NCBI GenBank assembly: GCA_963788655.1
Contig: CAWBHS010000060.1
Location: 64,001 to 128,000 of the forward strand
DNA: 64,000 bases
Source of the DNA: an uncultured Verrucomicrobiae bacterium
Lineage (GTDB): Bacteria; Verrucomicrobiota; Verrucomicrobiia; Limisphaerales; JAFGQR01
Reading direction: 5' to 3'
Part shown: in pieces, positions 29,901 to 42,200 of the stretch
How the letters are laid out: every line of letters begins with the position of its first letter
How positions within the stretch are numbered: position 1 is the stretch's first letter
Made by a program: the position numbers and the translations under genes
Notes under the pieces: model-generated
Databases searched by the model: none
The model's input: only the letters and a program-made list of their open reading frames with translations
What the model was told of the DNA's origin: nothing

Positions 29901-32812
29901 GTCCGCCGGCGTCATCGGGAAACCATTCATCGATCATATCGCCATTGGGCTGTTGCGAATCTTCGAAGATGAAGTTGCCCTCCCGTTCGTAGGCGGTGCT
30001 GCGTTGGCTGCCATTTAGAAAGAAGTGGATGTAACGGCGATGGTTATTGGGCAGGCCCATGGCCTCGAAGATTTTATAGACCGTTTGCTCGGACACGGCA
30101 CTGAGATCGCTGACGGTAAGCACATTGGGATTGCCGGGATTGTTTAGCACGAAATCCGTCGCGCCGAGCAACGGATCGTCATCGGGAAAATTCATTTCGT
30201 AATCCACGCGGTTGGGACCGGCCGGCCCGGTGGTGGAATTCGTGCGGTGCCAGGGACTGCCCGAATAGAGCGGCAGCGCGTCGTAAATGATGCGCGAATT
30301 GTTGTACACGAACGTGCCGTCCATTTCGAGGTTGTTCATGGCGTCGCGGGTGGCCCAGCGGTTCGAGTTCACTGAGGTCAGCCAAAGATGATACGTGGCA
30401 AAGTCGCCGGGCATCTGCACTTCGCCCCAGCGCACCACACACTCGCGAGCCACGGCATCATTCGGCCAGCAACGAGTAAAGCCGGCTTCTGGAAAGACCT
30501 GTTTCGGGAACGTGCCCGTGGCGTTCTGCCCGTCGCGGGCTTCGACGTAAAAAGCGACGATGACGCTGTCTTCCTGGGGTGGGATGGTGGCGGTGTAAAT
30601 GCCGTCGTTCGCCACGGCGTCACTGCCGCTACCGTCATCTACCATCGTGACATCGGTATAGGTCGGCGTGGGATCCACACGATAATGCAGCGTCATTCCT
30701 CCCAATCCTTGCGGGTCGAACGCCCGGGCGGTGACTACCACCGGGTCATTGGCCGCCGGCAGCGGTGGCGAGTGTTTCACGTCATAAACCGCCGGGCCGA
30801 TGTTGGCCTTAAAGCGACTGTTCTGCATGCCCGGCGTGCCCAGCAAACGCGGGACGGCCATGCGCCCGTAAGCCTCAGTAGCGCTGCCGTGCAGGCGCAG
30901 CAACAATTCCGGATGCCCGCGCAACCACTTGGCTTTGACCCGCAGCGAAACAATACTGGCATTGGTCGGCACTGGCGTCGTCAACGGCGGCGACAGAATA
31001 CGGTTGGATTGATTGTCGCCGCGGGAACCGGCGCGAACATGAAGGCTTTGACTTCCGGCAAATCCCACATTCTCGATGGTTGAAAAATCATGCGAACCTT
31101 GGAGCACCCAGCCGCTCAGACCGGACTCAAAGCCGCCGTTGGGCACCAGGTTCGGCCCGTTGTCGGCGCGCACTTCGACTTCGTCCACCAGGCATTCGCC
31201 AATGCCTTCCATGATGATATTCAACCGGTCGTTGATCGGGGAACCAAGCGTTACGCCGGGCGGCACATTCATTTCGATGGAAGTCCATTGGCTCTCACCC
31301 GTGTCGTTGCTGTCCGCCCAGTTGGACGGCAGATGCGGATCGGCTTCCACGTCGATCAGTTCGAGGCTGCTCCCCTGCCCGTCGCTCCAGGAGGTCCATT
31401 TGCCACCGTCGAAGTAGTTCACATCACTGACCGGAACGTTCAGTCTGACGTCCTCCGATACGCCTCCGTTGCTCACCCGGTCATAATCGGCGGCCGCGAG
31501 CGTGACCCGTTCTCCACCGTTGGCCAGTGCGCCGCCGTAAGGCCCAAAGGTGTTATTGGTGGTCAGGTTGGGATAAATGGTCATCAAGTGATCCGGATTT
31601 TTGGCCACCACCCAGTAAGCGCCCGCCGGCATGCTCATAGTGATGGCGTTGGTCGGAAAGAGGTAGCTGATGCCGATGATGAATTCCCACCCGCTAAGAT
31701 CGACCGCCTGGCTGCCACGATTGTGGATTTCGATGTATTCGTCGTCGCTGCTGCCCGACGGCGGGTTGTACATGATTTCGCTGATGACGACCGGGTACCG
31801 CATGGGCGCGGCGTTGGGTGCGTTGCGCGTCGGATGATTCAGGCCGTACGTAATGGGGCCGCCGTCGGGAAAACGGCCACTGGTGATGTTGTTCGAGGCG
31901 CCCCGAAAATCAATGACATCGATAACGCGCGTCCGGTCGGTGCTCCAGAAATAGACCGTCTCCCCCCCGGCAAACAATTGGAAGCCGAGCTGGTTTTGGT
32001 CGAAGCTGACGAAGCCCCGCGGCGGGATGGTGATGCCGTTGGGAATACGATACATGTTGGTGACCGGATCATCACTCAAGTAGGCACCCGAAAGGTCCAC
32101 CGTCGTATTGCCATGATTGTGACAACTCCACCCAATCCACTGGATCACTGTGGTTTTGCCATTCGTTGATGAACACCACCGCCAGCGGATCGTGCGTGGC
32201 CGGATCAGGTCCGCCCGGCGAACCGCCCACCTGATCACTCTCCGCCCACGCGCGGTAATCGTTTTCACCGTACGACGGCCGCACCAGGGAGAGCGAATGG
32301 CCACTGCCATCGGCCGCTTCCGGCCAGGGTGGCGAATCGGCGTATTCGATCAGCAACAGCACCGCGCCCAGTCGATTGCGCAACCGTACCGTGCCGCGGT
32401 CCATGGAAAGGCGGTTGGTTTCCGCGCCGTCCCACGGACCGACCACATTCGGGATGCCGTAGTTGGTTTGAACCATTTCCGGCACCCGCGCCACGACCAG
32501 GTACGCGCCGGCCTGCAAGACCGTGTTCGAAGGAAACTCGTAATGCACGTCACCGTCGATGAAGTAGCCGCCGATGTTTTCATCCCAGGGATTGGAATTG
32601 AACAGTTCGATGAACTCCAGGGTGAGGTTGGTCGCCACGCCAGGAACGGCGCGTGGATTGTACATGACTTCCGTGATCGCCAATCCCGTTCGGCGGCTCG
32701 ACGGGCCGGGGGGTTCGCGGTCCAGGGTGAATTGGGCTTGGGCAGAGAGCGAGGTTAGCAGGAGAAGAGAAGACACCGAAACGTTTCGGAACCGTAACAA
32801 CATTTTTTCCAT
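26998..32812 (-). CDS. Giant secreted lamin-tail-domain / CotH kinase family protein (about 1930 aa; one apparent frameshift near 32122)
   Basis: Signal peptide (LSAQA|Q), multiple LTD starts (ITEVMYNP, INEW, ISEIMYNP, ISELMFAP, LNEV, INEWMASN), CotH-like GNFDSFG...KNDYLY...AWDID, an Ig-like domain and a C-terminal ...RFYRV domain. ORFs 32072..32839 and 26998..32310 join at DWVEL|HNHGNTTVDLSG. Confidence 0.85.
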
Positions 32813-33036
32813 AAAGCACTTCGTCGCGGACTGGGACAATCGTCAGGAGTAGCACTTTTATTGTGCATTAAAAGAGCAGTAATGCAATCGGCAAATTTGG
32901 CGGGACACGACTTTCAGCTCCCGTTCCCCTCCGCGACGAGCGCGGTTAGATACTACTCGATCCTCCAAGCAGCGGCGTCTCGGCAAAGCACCGCCATGTT
33001 CAGAGCGAGAAAATTTGCGGCGCTTTGCCGATGGTT

Positions 33037-35268
33037 CTACCGCTCCGTGTAAGTGGTGATTGTGAGCGAGGGCAATTGCTTCGCATCCGGGGTGAATCGC
33101 ACCGTCCACCCGTCGTCAATGCTGCGATTGGGAATGATGCGCAGTGCCAAACCGTAAGGCGTTTCGCCGCTGGCCCATTTCCGCACCGCTTTGGTCACAT
33201 CGATCTCGTACCGCATCGGCGGCGAAAACGGTTGGTCCGGTCCCCTGCCCTGCTTGATAATCGTTGAGCCCGCCATGTCACCGAGCTGCTTGAAGTTGTA
33301 CGGCTGACCGCTGACAAACGGCGCTTGCAGGATCACGGCGGCCGCTTGCATGTCCGCCTTATCGTGGCTTTCGGAGACGTAAAAAGTGAGCTTGGCCGAA
33401 GCCAAATCCCGAGGGGCCGGCAAGGGGATACCCTCGGCGCCAATGAGCATGATCCACGCGTTGGAATTGTCCTTGAGCCACTTCACAAACTGGTGCGGAA
33501 ATGTTTCGCCCGCCATGCTGACATAACTCAGGCGGTTCAACGGTGTAATGCTGGACTGGGTGGGCAACTCGGCGCGCGCCGCCGGTTTCTGCGTGCCGAT
33601 CAACCACGGAGTCGGCAACGTGGCGAGCACTTCGTTCGCCCGGACCACTGGCATTGAAGCCGGCGACGGAACCGACATCGGTTCCTGTCCGGGCGCGAGC
33701 ACTTCCCGCCGGAGAAACCGCATTCGCGGATAGACCGGCTGCTTGCCTTGCGGCGTGGGCACTGGGATTTCAAAGGCGCAAGGGAAAGTATCCACGGCCT
33801 TTTGCACCACGATGGGCTTGTCCGACCAGGTGGCGTAGTGCGCACGGGCGATTTCCGCCCCGCGTTCATACACTTCTTCCGGCGAGACATCGCGCCAACC
33901 GAGGCAGTAGGCGTACGTAACCACCAGGCGATTGCGGCCCAACTCATCTGGGTTCGCCGCGTTAATGGTGATCGTATTCTTGCCCGGCGCCAAATATGGC
34001 AGCGCCTCCTGATTGTGCTGAACGATGCTGGTGACCTGCAGGCCGGTGAGCGGCTTCGTGAACGTTACCCGCAGAAAATAACGGTAGCTGCCGGCAACCT
34101 CTGGAGTCAGGTCACTGAGTTTGGCAGATTTCCAAGTCTTGCCGTCCAAAGAAACCTCGGACTTTGCTTCAGTGCCGACGATGTTACCGGAGGCTTTGGC
34201 GACGACGTAAGGCGAAGCCATCTCCACCACGAACGAAGCCGCGCGCTGTGCGTCCCTTGCCTTCAAGGAGCCCATTTCCCACGTGACATTGTCAGCTTGT
34301 TGCAGACTGGTCAGGAAGGCGTCATTCCGAAAGTCCGGCCGAAAGGTCAACGTGCCGTTGGACCATGAGCGCCGGGGATCTTTTCCGGCATAAGGTTCAA
34401 GTAACGGACCAATGGCCGGGCAGTTTCGATAATCCTTGTCGCCGCAGGAATGGCCCGGACCACGTTTCATTCCGCGAAAATAATAGGCGCCTTCAATCTT
34501 ATCCCAATCAAGGGTCAGGGCATAGCCGACCCCGAGGTTCACGTCGGTGGAGTAATCGGGTTCGTCAAACTTGATACCTGACCAGCCGCGCGGACTGCCG
34601 GCGTTCTTGCTGCTGGCGATCCCGGTGAGCACGCCGTCCAGCGTGTCGCCGCAGACCATGAACGCCGGCGCCGTCCAGTTCACCTTGTCGCGGATGAACT
34701 CAAAGCGATTGTCCTGATGGTAACAGACTTTTCGTTCCGAATCCGTGACAAACGCGTCGGTCACCAATGCCGGATTCGCGCGAATGTCCTCTTGGCCGGC
34801 AATCGTCCTCCCATCGGACGCCGTGGGTTCGGGCATCCAGGTGTAGAACTTGAGGAACGTGTCCAGGTAATGCCAGCGGCCACCATAATAGCACTCGACG
34901 GTGGTATGGCCGGGATTGCTCCAGCCGCGATAGCGCCATTTGAAACCCGCTTTTTCCCACAGGGCGGCGAGCACGGTGTGTTGTCCGCCGCAAAGGCTCC
35001 ATCCGTACCCGTTGATCATCTTCAGTGCGCCGATACCATTTGGTTCGCTGGGATAGGCGTGATGGTAGTAAAGGTAACGCGCGACGTTGTAAATGGCGAT
35101 GGCCTTCGCGTCGTCGTTCGGACAATCCCGCGTGACCGAAGCTACCAGCGCTTCCAGCGACGAGCAATCCGGCGCGCGGTCATTGGTGACTTTGATTGTG
35201 GAAAGTGGAGCGCTGGAAACCAAGGAACACACCAAGCTGGAGACAGCAACAACGAGCAACTTTTTCAT
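33037..35268 (-). CDS. Secreted transglutaminase-like (Cys-His-Asp) protein with a C-terminal DNRLRE/CBM96-like beta domain
   Basis: Signal peptide from ATG 35268, YGWSLCGGQH, PGHTTVECYYGGRWHYLD and C-terminal ASAKLTFYV...IDVTKAVRKW...PSLTITTY. Confidence 0.65.
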   Translation of the reverse strand: MKKLLVVAVSSLVCSLVSSAPLSTIKVTNDRAPDCSSLEALVASVTRDCPNDDAKAIAIYNVARYLYYHHAYPSEPNGIGALKMINGYGWSLCGGQHTVLAALWEKAGFKWRYRGWSNPGHTTVECYYGGRWHYLDTFLKFYTWMPEPTASDGRTIAGQEDIRANPALVTDAFVTDSERKVCYHQDNRFEFIRDKVNWTAPAFMVCGDTLDGVLTGIASSKNAGSPRGWSGIKFDEPDYSTDVNLGVGYALTLDWDKIEGAYYFRGMKRGPGHSCGDKDYRNCPAIGPLLEPYAGKDPRRSWSNGTLTFRPDFRNDAFLTSLQQADNVTWEMGSLKARDAQRAASFVVEMASPYVVAKASGNIVGTEAKSEVSLDGKTWKSAKLSDLTPEVAGSYRYFLRVTFTKPLTGLQVTSIVQHNQEALPYLAPGKNTITINAANPDELGRNRLVVTYAYCLGWRDVSPEEVYERGAEIARAHYATWSDKPIVVQKAVDTFPCAFEIPVPTPQGKQPVYPRMRFLRREVLAPGQEPMSVPSPASMPVVRANEVLATLPTPWLIGTQKPAARAELPTQSSITPLNRLSYVSMAGETFPHQFVKWLKDNSNAWIMLIGAEGIPLPAPRDLASAKLTFYVSESHDKADMQAAAVILQAPFVSGQPYNFKQLGDMAGSTIIKQGRGPDQPFSPPMRYEIDVTKAVRKWASGETPYGLALRIIPNRSIDDGWTVRFTPDAKQLPSLTITTYTER

Positions 35269-35350
35269 AGCGTGGTTCGGCGTAAGTGAACTGTCCGGGA
35301 GACTCCCGCCGGCGGCGCCGCTTGTCAATCAAACGCTGGGCGCAGGCTAA

Positions 35351-38300
35351 TCAATCGCCTTGTTCTGCGCGGGCCGTAATCCCGTGCGTGCTTCCGGCCG
35401 GTGCCGGGCCAACCAGCGAATGCGCATGCATGGCATCGAGCACTTCCGGGGCGCGCGCCCGGAAAAAGTTCAAATAGTCGGCTTGGCGAACACCGCCTTG
35501 GGTTGCCGTTTGTTCAACTTCCAGCCAGGTTCTTAAACGCTCCGGTCTGTTCACAGTCAGTCGGATCAGCTCCTGCAAATAACCATCCAACCTCCGGAGA
35601 TTGACCGGTTGTTCCACCCAGTTGCGGACCAGCTTCCCATACAATGACGGTCCGGTGGTAAAACCTTCATCGCTGTCCCAGTGCAGGAACTGAAATCGGC
35701 CGTCGCTGGGTCGCCGATAGAAATAGCCGTTACGCCCGACCTGCATCGTGAAATTATCCCAGTCGCCAATGTAGCCGCGTACCGCCACCATCTTCAGCAT
35801 CGCCTCGGCATCGATTAACGACTCAAGCTCGGCGGCGGAACAGTTTGTCCGCGAAACCATTTTAAAGAACTCAAGCAGGTGCGAATAGTCGTCCTTCGTC
35901 TCGCCAGTTCGCTTCAGCCACGAATTGCGACAGTATGCGGGGTTGCCATCGGGCGGAAAAGTCCAAGTCGCATCCTCGTAATCCCCTTTACCTTCGTCGT
36001 TCAACCAAGGTTCGAGATCGATGCGATACAACTCGCCTTTGGTTCCATCGGCAAAGTTGCGGTTCAAGAAGTCGTTCCATACCGGTTCCGTTTCTTCGCG
36101 CAGCCGGATCGGGCCGGCGTTGACCACCATCCGCACAAATTCGTTTTCATTGGCCGGGTGTCCGAGCAGATACAGCAGATACCGCACGACGCGATTGTGG
36201 TAGGCCCGGCCGGAGGCAGCGTCATCGTCATAGACAAATTTCGTGTGACTCGCGAAAAGCGTGGTCTTCCGGCAGTTTCAGTTTCACCTTATTTAAGTCT
36301 GCTCCGCGCTGAATCAGACTGCCGCTCGGACGCACTTTCACCCCGTAGCAAACTTCATCGTCGTTGATCAGCGTGCCGTTGAAATAATGATTGGAGAGCC
36401 GGGGAAAATGAAATCCGTGCGCCGCCGTGCCGCCTTCGGCGATAGCCTTCAAATCCCGCGGCGAAATGACAATCCGCACCAAACGCAAATCCCGCGGCAG
36501 TTCCCGGTCATCCACCACGAACAACGCCGGTTGCTCGGCTCCCGCGCGCGGCATGGTCGCAGATTGGCCCTCACGCGTTTCCGCTTCCACATAGAATTCC
36601 GCGACCTGGTCGGAACGCCGGTATGCCGCCAGTTGCGCGGTGTAAAGGCCGTCATTCGCTACCGCGTCGCCGCCGTGAAGCCCGTCATCGAACATGGGTT
36701 TGCTCTGCCACGTCGTGAGCCCGTCCGAGTCGCCCAACCGATGCCGCAATTGCACCGCTGCCAACGGCCGGGCGGAAAAGACGCGGGCCGAAATGGTCAC
36801 CGTGTTGGTCGAACGCGGCACCGCTGGGTAATGTGCAAGTTGATCCACTTGGGGCAGCGGGCTGGTAGTGGCTTGCGAGTTACGCCGGCCCGGGCTGCCG
36901 AGATTCTTCGGCACTTCGATCAAGAACGAGCCGGCTATGCTCCGATCCCAACTCTGCACGATCAGCCTCGGTTTGCCGGAAAGCCAGCGCGCATCGAAAC
37001 AGAACGCGTACGTCTCGTTCGGATGCAGGTCCGGCACATCGATTTCCACCCGGTTGACTTTGTCGTCACCGCGCCCATCGGACACCACGTGCAATTGTCC
37101 ATTGGTCACCCCACTGGCCCAGTGCGTGCCTTGGCACAACCAGCCGGTAGCGCCAGTACCATCGTTAGAAAGCCGGTCGGCATTGGTAAGACAATTTTGA
37201 CCATTCCGCCACAACGCCAGGTGGTTCAGGACCAGGTGACCACTCCCCACCAACGCCAGGTGCAACTCCCGGAAATCCGCCGGCTTCCCGACCGCATGGC
37301 GTTCCTGATAGACGTTCGTGCAACTGAAGAAACGAAAGGAAGACTTGCTGGATTCGTCGCTGGCCTGCCAGGCGGACGGAAAACGATTGTCCATCAGCGG
37401 ATGGATCAGTTCCAAGCTGCTGCCGCCGCCGTCGGCCAGTTCCGGCCAGGCACCGCCGGTGCGGTAATCCACTTCGTTGACCAGATTGCCAACGGCGTCT
37501 TCCAGACGAATCAGTTCGCCCTCGTTGCTCAGCCTGCCTTCGAAATCGCCGATCACCGAAATATCTCCATATACGGACCGCATCCATTCGGTGGACTTCG
37601 CCACAACCAGGTAACCCTCAGGCAAAATACTGGTGCCCGCGGGGAACTTGAAATTGATCCCTTCCACAAACTTCCAGCCGGAAAGGTCCACGGCTCGTGA
37701 TCCGCGATTGAACAGTTCGAGGTATTCCCCATCGGCTTGGCCTTCGGGCGGATCATACATGATTTCGTTAATGACAATGTTGGTCTGGCCCGGCGGTTGA
37801 TTGGCCGCGTCGCGCGTCGATTGCGCTCCAACAAACCATTCGCTCGCGCCGTCGGGAAAGGCCTGCCAGGTATCACCGCCAATCGGTGATTCAAAGGCCC
37901 GGCAATCCAACACGGTGTTCGAGGTATCCAGCAAATACAGCTTCACTTCGCCGTTGCGGTTGACAAATGAAGTCTCCCAACTCGCGAATCCGCCTGCTGG
38001 CACGGTGTCTGAAAGGAGTTGTCGATCTGAAAAATCAGGCTCGCTGGCCAAATACAATCCTGCCGCTGCAACCGCTTCCCGAGACGGATTGAACACCTCG
38101 AGCCAATCGACCCGCCTCCGGTCGCCGAAATGGACTTCGTTCAGGCGCAAAGAATGATTGGCATCCGACGTTTCCGGCCTTGGTTGCAATTCCAGTGCCG
38201 CAACTGGCCTCGCGCTAGCCGTCCAGTTCCGCCAATCGTCCACGCGACGATTGGGATGCCGCAACACCAACGCGCACCCGGTCCCGTCCGCCGCCAACGG

Positions 38301-38742
38301 CCAATGCCCGCGCGTGCCGGTACTCCAAGGTACACACGATCACGCCGTTTTTGTCCGTCAGCGTGACCCGTTCGCCGTCGTTATCCAGCTTCCCGGCCCA
38401 GGGTCCAAAGATCCGTTGGCTCGGCGGAACGTGGTAGGCGGCGCGTGTCTCCGCTTCGCCGGCGGAGGCAACGATGATGGCTTCGTGCGCCGGGAGAAAC
38501 GTTGCCATGGGCGCGTTGGTGGAAAATGAGGGGAAGGTAAATTTGATCCCTTTCGTGCACTGCCACTCGGCGATATCGAGCGGTGTCGCCGAAACGTTTT
38601 CGACAACCAGATACTCGGGCTTGCCGGTCGCCGGGTGATACATGATCTGACTGAAGACAACCAGGTCGGCATGAGCGGCGCACAACCCGAAACCGAGCGC
38701 CAGACCAAACGTGCAGAACTGAAACGGTATCCACCTTTGCAT
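35351..38742 (-). CDS. Second lamin-tail-domain / CotH kinase family protein (two apparent frameshifts near 38320 and 36250)
   Basis: ORFs 38215..38982, 36228..38297 and 35351..36187 form one architecture: signal peptide (AAHA|D), LTDs (FSQIMYHP, LNEVHF, INEIMYDP) and CotH GDWDNF...RNGYFY...HWDSD. Confidence 0.8.
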
Positions 38743-38823
38743 GGAAATCGCGAAATACGCGAAGTGCGCCGAAAGATTGGAATACAACTTCAGTGCATCT
38801 CGGATCGGACGCTTTGCAGCTAA

Positions 38824-38955
38824 GAGCCTGTTTGAACAATGGTAGCAGCCGACGTAAGGAGGCTCATTCATCTCGGACGCATCGCGGTTTTCCGAGGAAA
38901 AATGAGCCTCCTCACGTCGGCTGCTACGGACCGGCTGGAGTTTTAAAACAGGCTC
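38824..38955. mobile_element. 132-bp MITE with IS5-like (GAG-) terminal inverted repeats and TAA target duplication, carrying a family A REP pair
   Basis: Left end GAGCCTGTTTGAACA and right end (reverse complement) GAGCCTGTTTTAAAA match 13/15. TAA flanks both sides (38821-38823, 38956-38958). Internal arms 38842-38868 and 38901-38927 are 26/27 complementary. Confidence 0.7.
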
Positions 38956-38992
38956 TAAGATTCTAAGCACGCTAACGCTCATGTTTTACACC

Positions 38993-39225
38993 GGTAGGAC
39001 AGCCATCCCGGCGGTCCCGACTGACCAATACCGCCTGTCATGTCGAGCCCCAGGAGGTAAGTCTGGCGGGGCCCTCTGGTGACTCGAGACAGGCGGGACG
39101 CCTGTCCTACCACGTCGTATGACAGCCGTCCTGGCGGTCTTAATTGAGCAGTCTCGCCCGCAGGCACTGAAGCGTTGGGTAGAATTTGGAACACGTTTGG
39201 CCGACAGGCCGAACGCCCGTCCTAC
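38993..39225. repeat. BIME-like cluster of four alternating family C REP units
   Basis: Units at about 38993-39018, 39086-39110, 39116-39140 and 39203-39225 (GTAGGACAGSC.TCC.G.C.GTC consensus) in alternating orientation. Confidence 0.7.
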
Positions 39226-39227
39226 GC

Positions 39228-42200
39228 TTATTTCGGTTCCGACGCAGCCGGGGTTTCGCGCGCTTGCACCGTGTCTGGTGCCGGCCAAAGCCGCGCTCGG
39301 CGTGATGTGGATTTTTGGCTGCTTTGCGCCAACTGGCTGCGACGTGTTAGCGGGAATGGCCGCGCTTCGCCCGCTTCGAACTGCTGCAAATCGTGCGCGG
39401 CAATCCGGGCACGCGGATCCTCAGTGCGGCGATAACATTCGGCACGCATGGCCAAAAATTCGCGGTTCCACGGAATGGCGGGTTCGAAACCGGCCAGCGC
39501 CTTACGGGTTTTTCGGAAGGGAAAAGCATTGTCCATTTCCCGGGCAAATTCCAGGCAGACCTCGGCACGTTCGCGATCCAGCAAGTGCAGCGCAAAGGGT
39601 TTCTCCAGCATCGCGCTTACGGGTTCGAGTTGTTTCTTTTCCTCACCGCGAAACGCAATGTCGCGGGCAATGTCCAGCGTGCAGTCCATGACGCGGACTG
39701 GCGTCCAGGGATACTGGCGCCAGGCGACGATGCTCTTTTCCACCAAGGGCAGGGCTTGCTTGATCTTGCCCTGACGCCACAGCAAATGAGCCTGCACCGC
39801 CGCGGCTTCGATTGGGAACCACGCCCGCAATTTTTCAATATACGGCAGGGCGCGGTCATCCGCCCGGTCAGCCAACCCTTCGGCCACCACCAGCAATTCC
39901 ATCAAGTCAGCCGGCTCGGCCGATTGCGTCTCCCAAATCCGGCTGGCGGCTGGCAGATCGTTTTCCAGCCATGCCTTTTTGGCGGCCGTGCGGATACGAA
40001 ACGATTGGCTGTCCGACGCCACCAGGAAATTCGATTGCTGATCCACCACAAAATTGGAAACCCGCCGATCCGGCAATTGGCTCCAATTCAATTTGCCATT
40101 TTGCACCGCCGGTTGGTCGCATTTTTCGTCCTCGGCAGCGCGTTGGAGAATCTCCGCGCCGAAGCCAGTCGGACACCCCGCGGTCCGGGCGAACGCGAAT
40201 TCGAGTTGGTTTTGATCGTCGGTGTTCACCGACGCGCCAGCCATCGCCACGGCCCGGGCCAGGGCGCTGTTGGCCGCGTAATGGGCAAACACGCCTTCGA
40301 GATCGGAGACCCGCCAGACTTCGGCCAACGCGGACTTGAACGGCTCCAGTTTGATCCGTTCCCGCAATTGACCGACGTTATATACCAGCGGTTCGCGGGT
40401 CGCGATTAAGAGCAAATCGTCGTTATGAGTCCGCCAGGTTTCCACCACCGGAAACACCGTTGACAACGTGGCATACGCGCCGGCCAAGGTTTCGCCATCG
40501 ACCAGATTTCCCTGAATCCATTGTGCAAACATGCCGTGCGGACGCAGGCGGCGGTCCACCATCTGGTAAAACTCGCGGGTAAACAGACTGGCCGCGCCGG
40601 GGCGAAACGGATTGGCCGGTTCGGAAGCAATCAAGTCGTAATCCAACGACGTGGTCAGGAGGTAATCGCGGGCGTCACCGATTTGCAGTCTCACTTTGGG
40701 ATTGGCCAATACGTGGTGGTTCACCGGCGCACACAAGGCCGCCACTGTTTCGACGGCTGGTTCCACCTCGACGACATCGACAAATTGCATCCGCGGCACG
40801 TCCGCCAGCCAGCCCGCCGTCGAGCCGGTACCCAAGCCCAGCACGAGACCGCGCTGCGGCTCCGGATGCAACATGGCCGGCAGCAGGCCCAACATCACTT
40901 GCGTGCCCGCGTCGCTGCGGGCGTTACCGGCAAGCTTGCCGCTCAAAGCCAACGCAAAACCGTTCGCGCGTGTGACCGCCACGCTGCCTTCCCGGCCTTC
41001 GGCTTCCCAGTAAAGCGTCCAGCGCTGGCGATTGGCCAACTGGCGAAGTTCATTTGGCGTTGGCGCCTGAACCTTGACTTGGCCGGTAGCAATCAGACCG
41101 TGCCGCCAAAACGCGGTTGGTCCGTCGGTCCGCAGCAGGACCACAATCAACGCCACCACGGCCACCTGCGGCGTCAGCAACCAAAGCCGTTGGAAAAATC
41201 CAGAGCGATTCTCGACTTGCTCCGTCCAAATCTCGTCCCGGCCCGGATCGGGCAGGATTTCGGTGTCATAGACCACCAACTCGGCGGCGGAGTCTTCGTC
41301 CCACTGGAGGGACAAAGCCAGGGCGGCTAATGCCAACATCAGCAACACGCCGGCCACCAATCGCCAGGCGCCGGGCGCAGTCAATAACGGTAACACGCCG
41401 AATCCGCCCGCCAGCACACCAGCGATGGCACCCATGGTGTGCCATCCAAACACCAAACCCGTGTGCCGGCCGACGCCGTCCCGTGCGCGGCCCAGCAAGG
41501 CCAGCAGCATGGGGAACTGCACCCCCGCCAATAGCGATGCTGGAAACACGATCAGAAGCGTGATGATACTCCATTCCACCACCCGCATGGTAAAGCTCAG
41601 CGAACCCAGCGGCTGCAACACCATGGCCAGCACCGCCAAACGGTCACCCAATGCGTATGGCCCGATAAGAAACAACGCCTCCAAGGCGCAGACCATGCCA
41701 AAGCCGCGCAAGGTCGCCCGTTGGTGTCCGCGCCCCAGTGAATAGCCCAGGCTACCGGCCGCGATCCCCAATAGCGACCCCGCTAGAATCAATCCCCACG
41801 TAAACGTGGAACCGCCCAGCAGCGGACTGAGCATGCGATGCCACACTTGTTCCATCAGCAAGAGGGCAAACCCTGCCAGCGCCGCGGCCGCCACCACGAA
41901 TCCCGTGAGCCCCCCGGAGGACAGTTCCGGCACTGCCGCGGGCCGCGCTACGGAGCCGCCGCTCTCCATGGTGCCGTCTTCTTCATTAGCTGCGGAATCA
42001 ATCCGGCGAGACCAAGCCCAGGCAACGAGCGCGACGCAGCCGTTGAAGATGCAGGCCCCCCAAAGCGTGTGCCGGTTGCCAAATTGTTCGGCCAGGTAAA
42101 ACGTGGCGAACATCACGCCAACCACGGCCCCCAGTGCGTTCAGACCGTAAAGCGCCGCGGCCCGGCGACGCCGATCGTCCACCCCGGACTGCACGGCCCG

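Noticed and set aside
38993..39225. Possible CRISPR array
   Set aside because: The units alternate in orientation, are degenerate and irregularly spaced, and no cas genes are present. This is a REP cluster.
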